IMG/VR virus record: IMGVR_UViG_3300020183_000041
Location: 1-64,000 of that record
DNA length: 64,000 nucleotides
Strand: one strand, 5' to 3'
Source: a virus
Shown: one piece after another, positions 1-10,714 of the stretch
Numbering within the stretch: the stretch's first letter is position 1
How the letters are laid out: each line of letters begins with the position of its first letter
Position numbers and translations under genes: made by a program
Notes under the pieces: generated by a model
Told to the model about the DNA's origin: nothing
Seen by the model: only the letters and a program-made list of their open reading frames with translations
The model's database searches: none

Positions 1-1179
1 CTCACAAATGTATGTCCCAGTAAGGCCCGACTTAACCCAAAATGAAACGGTTAGTTGTTGCGCAGACGACGTTCCTTTGCAAATGGACTGCAAATCCTGA
101 CCTTCAAGTTTTTGTTCAATTCGCATTACGTCTGTACTAGAGGGAAACTTATCTTGATGCGTGCAAGTCATTTTGAGTGATTTGCGAAAACCAGAACCAG
201 TCGGGAAATCATCAGAAGCAGAAGCAACTTCTTGAGTCCATGCACCAAGAGAACTTGCGCCAACAGCCCAACGGTCCGCTGTGTAGTAATTGGCTGTAGT
301 AATAAAAGTTACGGGGCCGACTCCTCGTTGCGCGACCTGCATCGCGCCGTTGTATAATAGGTTACGAACGCCCGTGTTCTGAGTTTGCCAAGAAACGCCA
401 TTCGTGGCGGTCGAATCCGCAATCAACACCGAACCATCAGTAGTGCTGACAGCAAGACGGGCCACCGTGTCAGCCGCAGAACCAACCAGCAGATCGCCTT
501 TAGTGTCAATAAGGGTGTTATATGTATCTGATGCCCATGAAAGACCTGTATTTGCTGATGAGTTAGCAATTAATCTTTGATTATCTGTTCCGACCGCCAA
601 ACGGTCAATTGCATCCGCTTGTGTTCCAACAAGAAGATCACCTTTTGCTTGAATAATACCAATTGTTGAATCATATGCAGAACCGCCAATTTCAACCCAT
701 TGAGAAGATGTACCATCGCTATAATAAACAAAAGTCTTTCCACTGTCAGATTCATACCAAAGATCACCATTCGCTGGAGTCCCCGGTGCTGTGTCCGAGA
801 CAGTCATTCCACCAGAACCTAGATCTTTATATGTTGATCCATCATTTGTGAATTGCCATTTATCTGTGTTTTCATTCCATCTTATTTGAACATTTGTAGA
901 TGTTCCTCTTTCAACTTCAATACCAGCATTTAATGATGGGGTGCTGGTTTCACCAGAGTTAAGAAGGATAATATTGTCTTCAACATTTAGTTCTGTTGTA
1001 TTAAGAGTTGTTGTATTGCCAGAAACAGTTAAGTCTCCAGTAACAACAAGATTTCCAGATATCGTTACGTTATTTGGAAGACCAATTGTTGTTGTAGTAG
1101 AAGCAGTATTTACTTCAATTTCATTTGCTGTACCGACAATTTCAAAGTTGTTCTCAACAACTAAGCGCTCTAACTCCAT
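1..1179 (-). CDS. Tail fibre / receptor-binding-like protein (runs off window edge; absent from ORF track)
   Basis: Manual translation from ATG 1179 (overlaps upstream TAA): MELERLVVENNFEIVG...VEDNIILLNSG...AGIEVERGTS..., two KGDLLVG...RLAV repeats, then NGAMQVAQRG...YTADRW; motifs typical of phage tail fibres. Confidence 0.7.
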   Translation of the reverse strand, partial: MELERLVVENNFEIVGTANEIEVNTASTTTTIGLPNNVTISGNLVVTGDLTVSGNTTTLNTTELNVEDNIILLNSGETSTPSLNAGIEVERGTSTNVQIRWNENTDKWQFTNDGSTYKDLGSGGMTVSDTAPGTPANGDLWYESDSGKTFVYYSDGTSSQWVEIGGSAYDSTIGIIQAKGDLLVGTQADAIDRLAVGTDNQRLIANSSANTGLSWASDTYNTLIDTKGDLLVGSAADTVARLAVSTTDGSVLIADSTATNGVSWQTQNTGVRNLLYNGAMQVAQRGVGPVTFITTANYYTADRWAVGASSLGAWTQEVASASDDFPTGSGFRKSLKMTCTHQDKFPSSTDVMRIEQKLEGQDLQSICKGTSSAQQLTVSFWVKSGLTGTYICE

Positions 1180-1511
1180 TAGGCAACATACTCCACACCG
1201 CTAATAGCAACAGTAGCACTGCTACCCGCCTGATCCAAGTATAATGAACTATTACTTGGCATAACAATTGATGTGTTATAAAAAGTAACATTATTAGCAG
1301 TAATATTAATATTACTAATAATCTTATTATTTGCCGCAGCAGATGAACCACTTGTCACAATATGAAGTGATACAACTGTATTAACAGCAGTTGTATTGCA
1401 GATATTTATATTTTTAATAATTGTATAACTATTGGCTGTTGCATTTGCAGTATAAACATTTGCATTATCTCCATTACCAATATATAAAAGCTTTGGTGTT
1501 AAACTTCCCAT
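1179..1511 (-). CDS. Putative virion structural protein
   Basis: 110 aa, beta-rich, A/T/N-rich, tiled within the structural operon. Confidence 0.6.
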   Translation of the reverse strand: MGSLTPKLLYIGNGDNANVYTANATANSYTIIKNINICNTTAVNTVVSLHIVTSGSSAAANNKIISNINITANNVTFYNTSIVMPSNSSLYLDQAGSSATVAISGVEYVA

Positions 1512-1512
1512 T

Positions 1513-1860
1513 CTATACCGCCATCCAAATACTTATTTCATTATCATAAGTAGTAGTATTCATATCTTGAATTGTCAATGCATCAAGAACATGATCAACA
1601 GAAGACGGGGCGGTATGGTTTTGAGCTGTCGTGCCGTCATATCCTCGTTGCTGTATCGTAAATGAATCACCAGCCCTGCTTGAAATTAAAATCTTTTCTT
1701 CAGCAGCGGTTCCTCTGCTAACAACAATAACAAAGGGGTTGCCAGAAGATCCCGTTGGGAATGTTGAACCATCAACAACACTAAAACTTGAGGCTACGTT
1801 GCTAACATTGCTAAGCAAGGTGGTTGCTACAACTGAGCCTAGAAACTCTCTTTTCAGCAT
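1513..1860 (-). CDS. Putative virion structural protein
   Basis: 115 aa with RGYDGTTAQNH motif seen in tail-associated proteins; SD AGGAGG. Confidence 0.6.
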   Translation of the reverse strand: MLKREFLGSVVATTLLSNVSNVASSFSVVDGSTFPTGSSGNPFVIVVSRGTAAEEKILISSRAGDSFTIQQRGYDGTTAQNHTAPSSVDHVLDALTIQDMNTTTYDNEISIWMAV

Positions 1861-1872
1861 AACCCCTCCTTG

Positions 1873-2256
1873 TTAATCGATGCTAATGTCTAAATCACCA
1901 GCAGAAATTCTTAATGTGTCACCAGCATCAAGTGTTTTATTTGCCGTAAGGGTGCCCCAGACTAAAAGATTCCCTGACGTTAAAGCATCAAAAACACCAA
2001 TCGCAACAACAGTGCATGCTGGCATATTGGTAAAATCAATATTTGCAGTATTAGAAGTTGCACCACCTGAAGCAGCTGTAAAGGTAGATGTCTGCCGAGC
2101 ATACGAACCACCAGTAACTTGCGTTCCCCCTCCTGCATCGCTTGGAGCAGCAGTGTATAAACCAACATAAATAGTTGCTGGCATTGTATATGCTGTTGTT
2201 CCTAAGAAGTGATCAAGTAATTTATTTTCTAAATAATCACTAATATTGCCTGCCAT
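1873..2256 (-). CDS. Putative tail/virion protein
   Basis: SDYLENKLLDH...YVGLYTAAP...GGSYARQ motif of a common phage structural family. Confidence 0.65.
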   Translation of the reverse strand: MAGNISDYLENKLLDHFLGTTAYTMPATIYVGLYTAAPSDAGGGTQVTGGSYARQTSTFTAASGGATSNTANIDFTNMPACTVVAIGVFDALTSGNLLVWGTLTANKTLDAGDTLRISAGDLDISID

Positions 2257-2588
2257 TATACACCATCCCCAGAAGCAACAAAGTCTTCAATTTCTGATTG
2301 ATCTGCTAATCTAAAATTATCAAGTTCAAGCAATCTTTGTGCGTCTATATAATTTATTTTTTGGAGTCTATTACTTTGTGTAAAATAAAAATCTCCAGAA
2401 ACATAAGCAGTTCCAGTTTCAAAAACAATATATGTATATTCAGAACTATCTACTGAAGTTTTCTCAATTTTTTCTTCAGTTTTTATAGAAGGTTTTGCAG
2501 GTGTTTTTTTCACAGCCGCCTTTTTTGTAACTGCAGGCTTTTTTTCTGCAACATCTTCAGATTTTATAACGTTATCTTTTGCAGTCAT
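2256..2588 (-). CDS. Hypothetical protein, Lys/Ala/Pro-rich N-terminus
   Basis: Likely start ATG 2588, 7 nt after TGG-TATTGT (leaderless); the ORF-track extension runs into the capsid terminator. Confidence 0.6.
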   Translation of the reverse strand: MTAKDNVIKSEDVAEKKPAVTKKAAVKKTPAKPSIKTEEKIEKTSVDSSEYTYIVFETGTAYVSGDFYFTQSNRLQKINYIDAQRLLELDNFRLADQSEIEDFVASGDGV

Positions 2589-2623
2589 AGTTAATACAAT
2601 ACCATAATTTATTACAAAATGCG

Positions 2624-2651
2624 AGATGAGGGGGTTTTTGACCCCCTCATC
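2624..2651 (-). terminator. Hairpin terminator after major capsid gene
   Basis: GATGAGGGGGT-ttttg-ACCCCCTCATC. Confidence 0.7.
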
Positions 2652-2671
2652 AATCACATTTTATTTAATTA

Positions 2672-3703
2672 TCAGAGTGAACGAAGCTTGACGTTCTTAC
2701 CAATGATGTAAGACGCAGCATTCTCAATGTTATTAGCAACTCTCATGAACTGAGTGTACTCAATCGTGTCAGTCTTTGGCTTGAACTGACGGTACACTGT
2801 AATGTCACGATGGATACCAATAATTCTGTTGTTTGGGAAAGTTAGCTCAACATGACCGTGGCTTCCTGTTGCTCCTGAATAATCTCCAGAAACATTCTCT
2901 GGAGTAAGAGGGATCTCAACCAGAGGAATGCCGAATGGCGAAAGACCAGTCGAACCAGCGCCACCATTGCCGCGCATTGAGCCTTGCGTAAACGCAGCAT
3001 CACCAATGAGCGAACCAGGTGATGGTGCGCCAGATGTCGCTGCCGTTGCTGAGTTGGGATTCGAAAGGCTAAAGATCGTGTCTTGGACAAGACCTGTGCC
3101 TGTGAAGAATCTCAGTTCATTTCTGCGTTGCAGGAACTTTGTTGGCATATTGCGTAGAATACGGTCAAAAGTTGCACGTGAAATATTATTACCTGCCTCA
3201 TCAACAACAGTACCCGAAGCCTTTGCAAGCTTGATAAAGCCATCAAGAGCCTTGAGCAGGCCATTGTTTGAAGAGGTATTACCATTGATGAAAAGATCAT
3301 CCATGTCATTAGCTGTTTGACGAGCCATGACCTGAGCGATGTGATCCTCAAGTGAAGGACCTTCAATGTTGTCCTCAAGAGACTCTGTTGAAATTGCCCA
3401 ATCAAGACGCAGTTTCACGGTGCTTAGAGAGACCTTACTGAATGTGACAGCAGCATTTGTGCCATCATCTGTTGCCTCAGTTGCCTTTGCAAGCAAGCGA
3501 GTACCGATTGACAACTTGTCAATCTCCATTTGTGGTGTACGCATACGAACGATTCTTGCGTTCTGCATGAGAACAGATTGATCAATTACGAAATCCAAAA
3601 AACGATTTGACTGCGCTGGCTGAAGGAGACCCCCAGAGGCACTGCCGACAACGCTCGTTGTTACTTCGTTAGCTTTTGAAAGAATTTCTTCTTGTGATGC
3701 CAT
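2672..3703 (-). CDS. Major capsid protein (HK97 fold)
   Basis: 343 aa after protease/scaffold; GGLLQPAQSNRF, STESLEDNIEG, DLFINGN, DGFIKLA. Confidence 0.9.
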   Translation of the reverse strand: MASQEEILSKANEVTTSVVGSASGGLLQPAQSNRFLDFVIDQSVLMQNARIVRMRTPQMEIDKLSIGTRLLAKATEATDDGTNAAVTFSKVSLSTVKLRLDWAISTESLEDNIEGPSLEDHIAQVMARQTANDMDDLFINGNTSSNNGLLKALDGFIKLAKASGTVVDEAGNNISRATFDRILRNMPTKFLQRRNELRFFTGTGLVQDTIFSLSNPNSATAATSGAPSPGSLIGDAAFTQGSMRGNGGAGSTGLSPFGIPLVEIPLTPENVSGDYSGATGSHGHVELTFPNNRIIGIHRDITVYRQFKPKTDTIEYTQFMRVANNIENAASYIIGKNVKLRSL

Positions 3704-3720
3704 ATTAATTATTCCTCCTA

Positions 3721-5220
3721 TTATGACTCGTAACCAAGAGCGTTAATCAAGCCCTGTGGCAAATAAACATTTTTCCAAATTGACTTTGGAGCCGACTTTT
3801 TAATCTCTTCGCCTTCTTCATCATCCTCTGGATCGACACTCTTCTTAATTGCGCCAGAGTTGGCAAAAGAGTTAACTTTCTCATCTTGTTCAGCAAGAGC
3901 TTTCTCTGCTGCATCAAGTTTTTCTTGGAGCTCAGCCGTCTGAGCCTCAAACCCCTTGGCAAGTTCATCAACTTTGTTTTGGACCGATGCCTCAACCTCT
4001 TCTTTAATTGAAGTAGCGAAAGCAGCCAGTTTTTCGTCAACGACAGCACTAAGGGCATCTTTAAGGACATCAATATCCATTTCTTCCTCCTGTGTGTTTT
4101 CATTTACTTCAACTGTTGTTTGTGTTGAAGCATCCTCTTGAACATCGGGAACAAGCCAGTTAACAAACCGCTTTAAGAGCGTGAGTTTCTCATCTTGTTC
4201 ATTCATTCTTAAGACCTTATCATATTTTATATCATTTTGCAATAAATTCTCTTGCTTCATAACGTTTTTTTCATTTTCCTCTATTTCTTTTTCAAAATCT
4301 TCTCCCAAGAAGTATTCCATATCTTTTTTAAGAGTTTCTTCCTCTTCTTCCAGGATTGTTTCTATGCTTTTATTTTTAATTTTTGAATATCTTTCAAGAA
4401 GCCTTCTACCCTTAGCAGCGAGAGCAGCGGCATCGGAGCGGTCTTGTGGAACTGGCTCCCCCCATGCTGCTGCAGAGAGGGCTAGTCTTGTTGGTCTTCC
4501 CTTATCGTCTTTCATTGGTCCAGATGGATTTGTAAAAAATCTAGTTAAGAAAGAACCTTTTCTACGCATCTTTTCTGGTGTATTTGCTGGACCTCTTACT
4601 CCAGGTTTTAAATTTGCACCTTCAGTTTGTTTGAAGTGTCTTCTACCAGCCGCCGTCAATCCGCCTTTGGGATCTTTGATTGGCTGTTTTGCTTTTTCTA
4701 TAATTTCTTGCAAAATATACTCAAGATCACCAGTATCTTGATTTCTTTTAATAATATCTACAACCGCAAGAGCATTAGCAGGATTATCAACCAAACTTAA
4801 TTCACCTAAAACATATTTTTTAATAATATTAATTGGTCTACCATTGTAGACTTTAGATGTATCTTGGGATTTTTCTACAATCTTTCCGCCAATTGAAAAA
4901 GCAGTAAGCGTCCCATCAAGAATTTTTTGCCATGTGTTTTCTGCGCCTTTTGATATGTAGGCCTCAACTTTGATTGCATTGTACTCTTTGCCATCAGGAC
5001 CACTGATTTTAATTGGTTCATATTTAATAGCTTTACCAACAGCAATTGGTGCGTGCATCTCTCGAATGTTTCCGCCCCAGTTTTTAAATGCTTCGATTGA
5101 GGCATCGAAATTTACTAAATCACCAGATTTATCTATATTATCTGCAGTAGCGATGCCACTAACAATTCGTTGTTCCTTTTTGATAAAGTCAATTGGGAAC
5201 GAAAGTATAAAGTCTTCCAT
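3721..5220 (-). CDS. Prohead protease fused to basic insert and scaffolding domain
   Basis: QRIVSGIATADNIDKSGD, IREMH, AFSIGG, ELSLVDNPAN (HK97-type protease); acidic coiled-coil C-terminus; likely start 5220. Confidence 0.85.
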   Translation of the reverse strand: MEDFILSFPIDFIKKEQRIVSGIATADNIDKSGDLVNFDASIEAFKNWGGNIREMHAPIAVGKAIKYEPIKISGPDGKEYNAIKVEAYISKGAENTWQKILDGTLTAFSIGGKIVEKSQDTSKVYNGRPINIIKKYVLGELSLVDNPANALAVVDIIKRNQDTGDLEYILQEIIEKAKQPIKDPKGGLTAAGRRHFKQTEGANLKPGVRGPANTPEKMRRKGSFLTRFFTNPSGPMKDDKGRPTRLALSAAAWGEPVPQDRSDAAALAAKGRRLLERYSKIKNKSIETILEEEEETLKKDMEYFLGEDFEKEIEENEKNVMKQENLLQNDIKYDKVLRMNEQDEKLTLLKRFVNWLVPDVQEDASTQTTVEVNENTQEEEMDIDVLKDALSAVVDEKLAAFATSIKEEVEASVQNKVDELAKGFEAQTAELQEKLDAAEKALAEQDEKVNSFANSGAIKKSVDPEDDEEGEEIKKSAPKSIWKNVYLPQGLINALGYES

Positions 5221-5261
5221 ATTACCTCGTAATAGTTTATTATACATTCTTTTCTATATAA

Positions 5262-5516
5262 TCAGCCAACAGCAAAAACAGCTAATGCAACATCAGCAGT
5301 AATAACTTGAAATTTTGTAAAATCACCTTCAATTTCAACATAGTTTTTGTTTGCTGGAATAAGAACTTCGTGTGGACCACCATTGAGTTTAACTACAGCA
5401 TTTGTTGATGCATGTGTATTAATAAATTTAATACAAACTGTATGTCTTCCTATTGATACTTCACCAGCAGTGCTATCCACCGATGTGTCTGAATATACGA
5501 CGCTTCCGTAACTCAT
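5262..5516 (-). CDS. Small hypothetical virion protein
   Basis: 84 aa, SD GGAGG, between portal and protease. Confidence 0.6.
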   Translation of the reverse strand: MSYGSVVYSDTSVDSTAGEVSIGRHTVCIKFINTHASTNAVVKLNGGPHEVLIPANKNYVEIEGDFTKFQVITADVALAVFAVG

Positions 5517-5530
5517 TATTATCCTCCATT

Positions 5531-7138
5531 TTAAGAATCTAGATTGTTGCCCGAGTCTTGATTTTGTCCTCGTTCGTTCTGATCACCAGATTCTCTAGTA
5601 CCCTCTGGCAAGCCGCCAGAATCACTTCTTGACTTGGGCGGATTTGCTGCACTGTTATTTGAATTTCCAACAGGCGCTCCCGCCCCTTCTTGTTTTATCC
5701 TCGTTGGATATGGCAAAACATCGTCGCCATCTCTTCTTTCAGGAAGCCCAATTTTGGCACGAACCTCATTGGGGGCAAGGACTTCTGTTCTGAGATATCT
5801 ATCAAAAATTCTTGATTCAATATCTTCATCAACAAGATCAATTTTTTTAAGTTTAAATTCTAAAAGATCAGTAAATTCCATAACAATTCTATTAATTCGT
5901 TTTTCAATAACAGCCTGATCTGGACCAATTACTTGCATTTTAAATGTCTTATCAGCATCTCTTGAAACAGCCAAGTTTGCGTTATCATAAACACCAACTT
6001 TTGGTGCTGGCACTCTGTTTGCTACAAGAATTTCATCTCTGTTAGATTTACGATATTTATCGAACGAAGCATCCTGCACGCCTGCCTCAAGTTTTTCAAA
6101 CTTGATATCTGTATCTGCCCCAATACTGGCGGGGAGGGGTACAACTAATGTCCCGTGATTTCTTCCTTTTACTTCATTTCTAAAATAATTAACAAGTTCT
6201 TGTTTTGATTTATTGCTTAATTTTGCACCCTTTAAAATAATGGCATATCTTGGTATTGCCTTATTTTCAAAATAATCAATATTATATTCTTTTGCAAATT
6301 TATCACCAACAATCGCAGCTGCAGCCGACACCGCTGCTGGTATGCCATAATACGTATTATTTGGTGAATAGATTTTGAAATGTAGTATTTCATTAGGGTT
6401 TGGATCACCGTTAATAGGGTCTTTCATCTCAAGATCTTCAAAGTTCTTAAAGAAGACTGCTTGAATCTTGTTACTTCTTGAAAGCTGAACAAAGCCATCG
6501 CGCTTTCTTCTCACTCTAATCATTGTTGCTGGAACGTGACCGATGTATCCAATCTCTCCAGAATTATTACGACCAATTTCCAAATAACCATTTCCAACAG
6601 ACAAAACATCTTGCCAAACTCTTACAAGAGTTTCAATAAGCGTTTCTTCAACATTAAAACTTTCAAATTTATTTTCAAGATCTTCTCTTAGATCCTGCAC
6701 GGCTTTTCTTACGCGATCTATTTTTGCGGAGTCGTCTTGTGCTTTTTCAACCTTTCTTCTAGCTTTAAGAGTTTCAACAAACTCAAAACCAAGACCAACA
6801 GTATTCATGACGCGAGCGTTTATCGCAGCATTGTGAATTGCACTTTGATCATACAGGCCAGCAAGATTGTCTAGATCATAAGGAGGATTGACAATATCCC
6901 AAAGAGAATATCCATTAACAACTTCTGGATCTATATATTTAGATTTAGTGCCATCTTCACCTTCAAGTCTTTTTTGAAGCCTGTATGCCTTCCTTCGCAT
7001 TGAAGGAGAAAGCGAAGATATTGTAATTTCTTTAAAAGGGTCTTTTGAATCATGAGATGAGAATGCCTGAAGATAGGAAAGATCTAGGTCTTCCTGATCA
7101 TCAATATCGCTTTCAACATGAACCATCTTATTATTCAT
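5531..7138 (-). CDS. Portal protein
   Basis: GNGYLEIGRN, YYGIP, YFENKAIP, EILVANRVP, PNEVRAKIGLP. Confidence 0.9.
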   Translation of the reverse strand: MNNKMVHVESDIDDQEDLDLSYLQAFSSHDSKDPFKEITISSLSPSMRRKAYRLQKRLEGEDGTKSKYIDPEVVNGYSLWDIVNPPYDLDNLAGLYDQSAIHNAAINARVMNTVGLGFEFVETLKARRKVEKAQDDSAKIDRVRKAVQDLREDLENKFESFNVEETLIETLVRVWQDVLSVGNGYLEIGRNNSGEIGYIGHVPATMIRVRRKRDGFVQLSRSNKIQAVFFKNFEDLEMKDPINGDPNPNEILHFKIYSPNNTYYGIPAAVSAAAAIVGDKFAKEYNIDYFENKAIPRYAIILKGAKLSNKSKQELVNYFRNEVKGRNHGTLVVPLPASIGADTDIKFEKLEAGVQDASFDKYRKSNRDEILVANRVPAPKVGVYDNANLAVSRDADKTFKMQVIGPDQAVIEKRINRIVMEFTDLLEFKLKKIDLVDEDIESRIFDRYLRTEVLAPNEVRAKIGLPERRDGDDVLPYPTRIKQEGAGAPVGNSNNSAANPPKSRSDSGGLPEGTRESGDQNERGQNQDSGNNLDS

Positions 7139-7146
7139 AAAACCTC

Positions 7147-7470
7147 TTATTTAAAATGTTGATCAAACATATCTTCAAATGGATCCGCTATTAAACCATT
7201 ATTCAATCTCTCTGCTTGGTCGTCTTTCTCTGAGGATGAGACTTTCCTTGCGCCAGAGACCCATTGAACATCACCGTCTTCTGAACCAGTCCAGTATTTA
7301 GCCGCCTGTCTCACGCGATTTTCAACATTCTTGTCACCAACAAGACCTTCGGCACAAAGTATTCCATCGCCATCAGATAAAGGAAGGCCATCTGGCATCA
7401 TCCACATGCAAATGCCATAGGACCGTTCAGGTATCCAAATTTTATTATCTTTAATGATATCAAAACTCAT
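7147..7470 (-). CDS. Hypothetical protein upstream of portal
   Basis: 107 aa ORF in operon tiling. Confidence 0.6.
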   Translation of the reverse strand: MSFDIIKDNKIWIPERSYGICMWMMPDGLPLSDGDGILCAEGLVGDKNVENRVRQAAKYWTGSEDGDVQWVSGARKVSSSEKDDQAERLNNGLIADPFEDMFDQHFK

Positions 7471-7547
7471 TTAAGACAATCATACATCAATTTTATTAAA
7501 TTATCTACCAATGATATACCATTTATCATCATTTTGGGCAAATATGG

Positions 7548-9620
7548 TTACGAAGACTGTACGTTTTCTTTTAAGAATTTAATCTCACATGCGTCTGTTG
7601 TACAATAAGACTCACCAATAGCATCTGCCCCAAGACCAGCATAGATGCCAGAAAAATCAATTGGAAAAAGATTGTCTGTATATTTCTCATATTCAGACTT
7701 AGAAATTTGTGTATACGGCATTTGTGGATACACATGATTACCTTGGGGTAAGAAAGATACGGTTTTTAATTGTCCATCATACATGTGAAGAACTGTGCCA
7801 ATATATTTTTTTTCAATTTCAGAATCAAAAGATATTGTTACTGAGACTGAGTTATCAGACCAGTATCTTTGTGCTGTTGCTGCAATTGCCATTTTTTCAA
7901 AAATTGTCACATCTTTTTCAGATCTTTTAGCATTTGATTTAATTGGGAAAAAGACAACAGATGTTGTATCTGGCGATTCAGAAGCTGGCTCTACTAAGTA
8001 ATTCGCCATTTTGAACAAAGGAATCATTGAATCATTGTTAGCAAATCGAATTGCTCTTAAAAAATATTCTCCACCCGGAGTCCAGTGAACCCCTGGGGAT
8101 TCACCTGCGAGAATTGAAACAGTCCCTGAAGGCTTAACAGTTGTCATCTTGATTGATTCACGAATACCAAACCATTCCGAGTAAACATTGTCATATCTCT
8201 TAACGGTTTCGTAGCCAGCATTCATCCACTCTTTAAGAATCGGAATTCCATTGATATCAGCAAAATTTGCAATACCAGACATAGATGTTCCGATTCTACG
8301 ATTGCGTTGCATAATTGCATTGGTCTTTTCCCAATGCGTAGGTAAAAGAGTAACTGTTTTTGCATAAAGATATGCAAACTTCAATGTTCTTTTATAATCC
8401 TCAATATTTTCATGTCTATTAAGATACGTTTCAACAAGTGTACAGCATTCATAAGATTCAAGAGACTGCTCAGCGCATGGATTATATCCAGCGACTCTCC
8501 AATCTTTATTTGTAGCAGAGTCAGCAAGCCTTCCATACTTGCGCGACATATCTAACCAAATAATGCCTGGTTCTCCATTGAGTGCAATATTTTCCACAAT
8601 ATGTGAAAGATCAGCGCCAACAATTGTTTCAATTGAATTATTACTCATCCAAGCCCATCCTGGATTTTCAGAATCATATGAATTTCTTTCAGGAAAATGT
8701 ACAGGGTTTTTCAAATTCAAAAAGTTATCATCATCATGACGACCAATTAAAAGCTCTGCTGAGCGTCTAACATTACCAGAAACAACACAAACACCAATCA
8801 TATTTCCAATATCAGCAATATCGGTTCTTGTTAATTTTTCACCATTTCTGTTAGAAAATATTTTTTTAATATGGTTATGAAGTTTGATAAGCGGGTCAGA
8901 ACCAGCGGCTGTTCCGCCAAACGTTTTAATTGTCTGACCTGCTGGGCGAATCAAAGAGTAGTCAAACGTAATTTTGTTTTGATCTGGTTTAAGGTAGGAA
9001 TTAATAAGAGAAATTGTCGAATCTCTCCAGCCCTCTCTTGAGTCTTCGATTATATCAACAACTTCTGACTTAGATGGTTCGTAAATAACAAAATCTTTGT
9101 CTGCACCCTTATCATCGAACCCAACACCGACACCAAGCATTGACGCTTCCATTAGAAAACCAAAAGGTTCCGCTGGATTATCCCTTGTCATTTCAGATGT
9201 TGAAACAAAAGCACAATTTTGAAGCGCAGCAGAGTTGCGCTGTACATTTACAAGTTCAGTCCCCATAATCCACAAACCACGACCAGGTGGTGTCCATTTA
9301 AGATTGAACAAACGGTCAAAAGCCTCTTTTGCACTTGCTTGAGCCTTAACACCATTCCAAGGAAGTTTGTTATTACGACAATGGTCTTTTTGAAGAGAAT
9401 ACATACCATTAATAACACGCTCACAAACTTCCACCCATGTTTCTTTAGTCCCATCCGTTTTTTTGCGCGAATATGTGCGTAAGAATGTTATTTCCCCAAC
9501 TGAATTATTCCCAGCGTCTTTGTATCCGAATGGAGAAGGTTTTGTTTTATATGAAGAAACAAAGTCATCACTAAGTTTAAAAGAGAACATCAAATCTTCC
9601 TTGGGTGTATTATTAGTCAT
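7548..9620 (-). CDS. nrdJ: Class II (adenosylcobalamin-dependent) ribonucleotide reductase
   Basis: TFLRTYSR, PPGRGLW, ALQNC, GNVRRSA, NPCAEQ, TTVKPSGTVS, C-terminal CTTDAC. Confidence 0.92.
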   Translation of the reverse strand: MTNNTPKEDLMFSFKLSDDFVSSYKTKPSPFGYKDAGNNSVGEITFLRTYSRKKTDGTKETWVEVCERVINGMYSLQKDHCRNNKLPWNGVKAQASAKEAFDRLFNLKWTPPGRGLWIMGTELVNVQRNSAALQNCAFVSTSEMTRDNPAEPFGFLMEASMLGVGVGFDDKGADKDFVIYEPSKSEVVDIIEDSREGWRDSTISLINSYLKPDQNKITFDYSLIRPAGQTIKTFGGTAAGSDPLIKLHNHIKKIFSNRNGEKLTRTDIADIGNMIGVCVVSGNVRRSAELLIGRHDDDNFLNLKNPVHFPERNSYDSENPGWAWMSNNSIETIVGADLSHIVENIALNGEPGIIWLDMSRKYGRLADSATNKDWRVAGYNPCAEQSLESYECCTLVETYLNRHENIEDYKRTLKFAYLYAKTVTLLPTHWEKTNAIMQRNRRIGTSMSGIANFADINGIPILKEWMNAGYETVKRYDNVYSEWFGIRESIKMTTVKPSGTVSILAGESPGVHWTPGGEYFLRAIRFANNDSMIPLFKMANYLVEPASESPDTTSVVFFPIKSNAKRSEKDVTIFEKMAIAATAQRYWSDNSVSVTISFDSEIEKKYIGTVLHMYDGQLKTVSFLPQGNHVYPQMPYTQISKSEYEKYTDNLFPIDFSGIYAGLGADAIGESYCTTDACEIKFLKENVQSS

Positions 9621-9689
9621 TTTTGCTCCTATATGTAAAGGATTATGATATCAATTCAATCGTTACAACGATTCAATTAGTGCTTAGGA

Positions 9690-10703
9690 CTAATGATGTT
9701 TTTTTTCAAACTCTTCGTAACGAGCGATGATCATATCAGCAACTGACGACCAGGAGTGTTCTTGGTGAATTATTTTTGCTGACCTGTGAGCATGTTTCTT
9801 AAAAAGATCATATTCATTAACAACATTTTGCATTGTTGAGATAACATCTTCAATATCTGGAGTGGCCCAATATCCAGTATCAGTACCATACTGGTAAGAA
9901 TTATATTCCGCTAATCCAAAGTCAGTCTCTAGTGGAACACCATATTGAGCAAAATCTTTGCACCCAGTTGCATTTGTAACAATTGTGGGGAGACCTGTTG
10001 CCATTGCTTCAAATGGAATCATACCAAAACCTTCTCCACTTGTTGGATAAACAAGGCAATGAGCTTTATGATAAAGTTTAATTATTTGATTGACATCAAA
10101 AACTTCTGGAATGCCAATTATTTGAGAATGTTGCGTTGCAGGAAGAAGTCTGCCATTAAGATAAATTTCAGCATGGCAGAAATTATTATATTTGAGTATT
10201 AATTTAAATTCTTCTTTGCCATCAAATAATTCTAGAAAGGCATCTACAACAAGTTGTGCATTTTTTCTCTTAGAATCCCCCCCAACGTGAAGAAAATAAA
10301 ATGTGTCTGTTTCTTCTCTTTCAACAATTGAAAAATCTTCTGAGATACCATGAGGAATTACATATATATTTTCATTTACATTATGAGTTTTATAAACTTC
10401 TTTAACAAAGTTTGAGGTAGCCCATATTTCATTACATAGACTCATATTGTATAACCAGCCATTAGGAATTTTTGTTGATTCCCAGGGGGTATAGCCAACT
10501 TTGTAATCATTATTTAACTGATAATAATGAGGTTGACAAAAATTAATATGAAAAGAAATTTCTGGCCTATTGTAGAACACACCAAAGTTTTTTGCTTGAA
10601 TTGATTTAATTGTATTCAATGCAGCAGTAGCATAGCCTTGGCTTGCCCAAAGTTCTCCACTAATATCAGTATTATTTAAGCTAAACCAGCTAATTTTTTT
10701 CAT
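9690..10703 (-). CDS. Glycosyltransferase (GT4-like)
   Basis: YTPWEST, RKN, GEGFGMIPFEAMATGLP (EX7E). Confidence 0.85.
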   Translation of the reverse strand: MKKISWFSLNNTDISGELWASQGYATAALNTIKSIQAKNFGVFYNRPEISFHINFCQPHYYQLNNDYKVGYTPWESTKIPNGWLYNMSLCNEIWATSNFVKEVYKTHNVNENIYVIPHGISEDFSIVEREETDTFYFLHVGGDSKRKNAQLVVDAFLELFDGKEEFKLILKYNNFCHAEIYLNGRLLPATQHSQIIGIPEVFDVNQIIKLYHKAHCLVYPTSGEGFGMIPFEAMATGLPTIVTNATGCKDFAQYGVPLETDFGLAEYNSYQYGTDTGYWATPDIEDVISTMQNVVNEYDLFKKHAHRSAKIIHQEHSWSSVADMIIARYEEFEKKHH

Positions 10704-10714
10704 AGAATGATGTG

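Noticed and set aside
570-1351. Short ORF-track calls at the left end
   Set aside because: Alternate-frame or antisense shadows of the tail-fibre ORF and its upstream neighbour.
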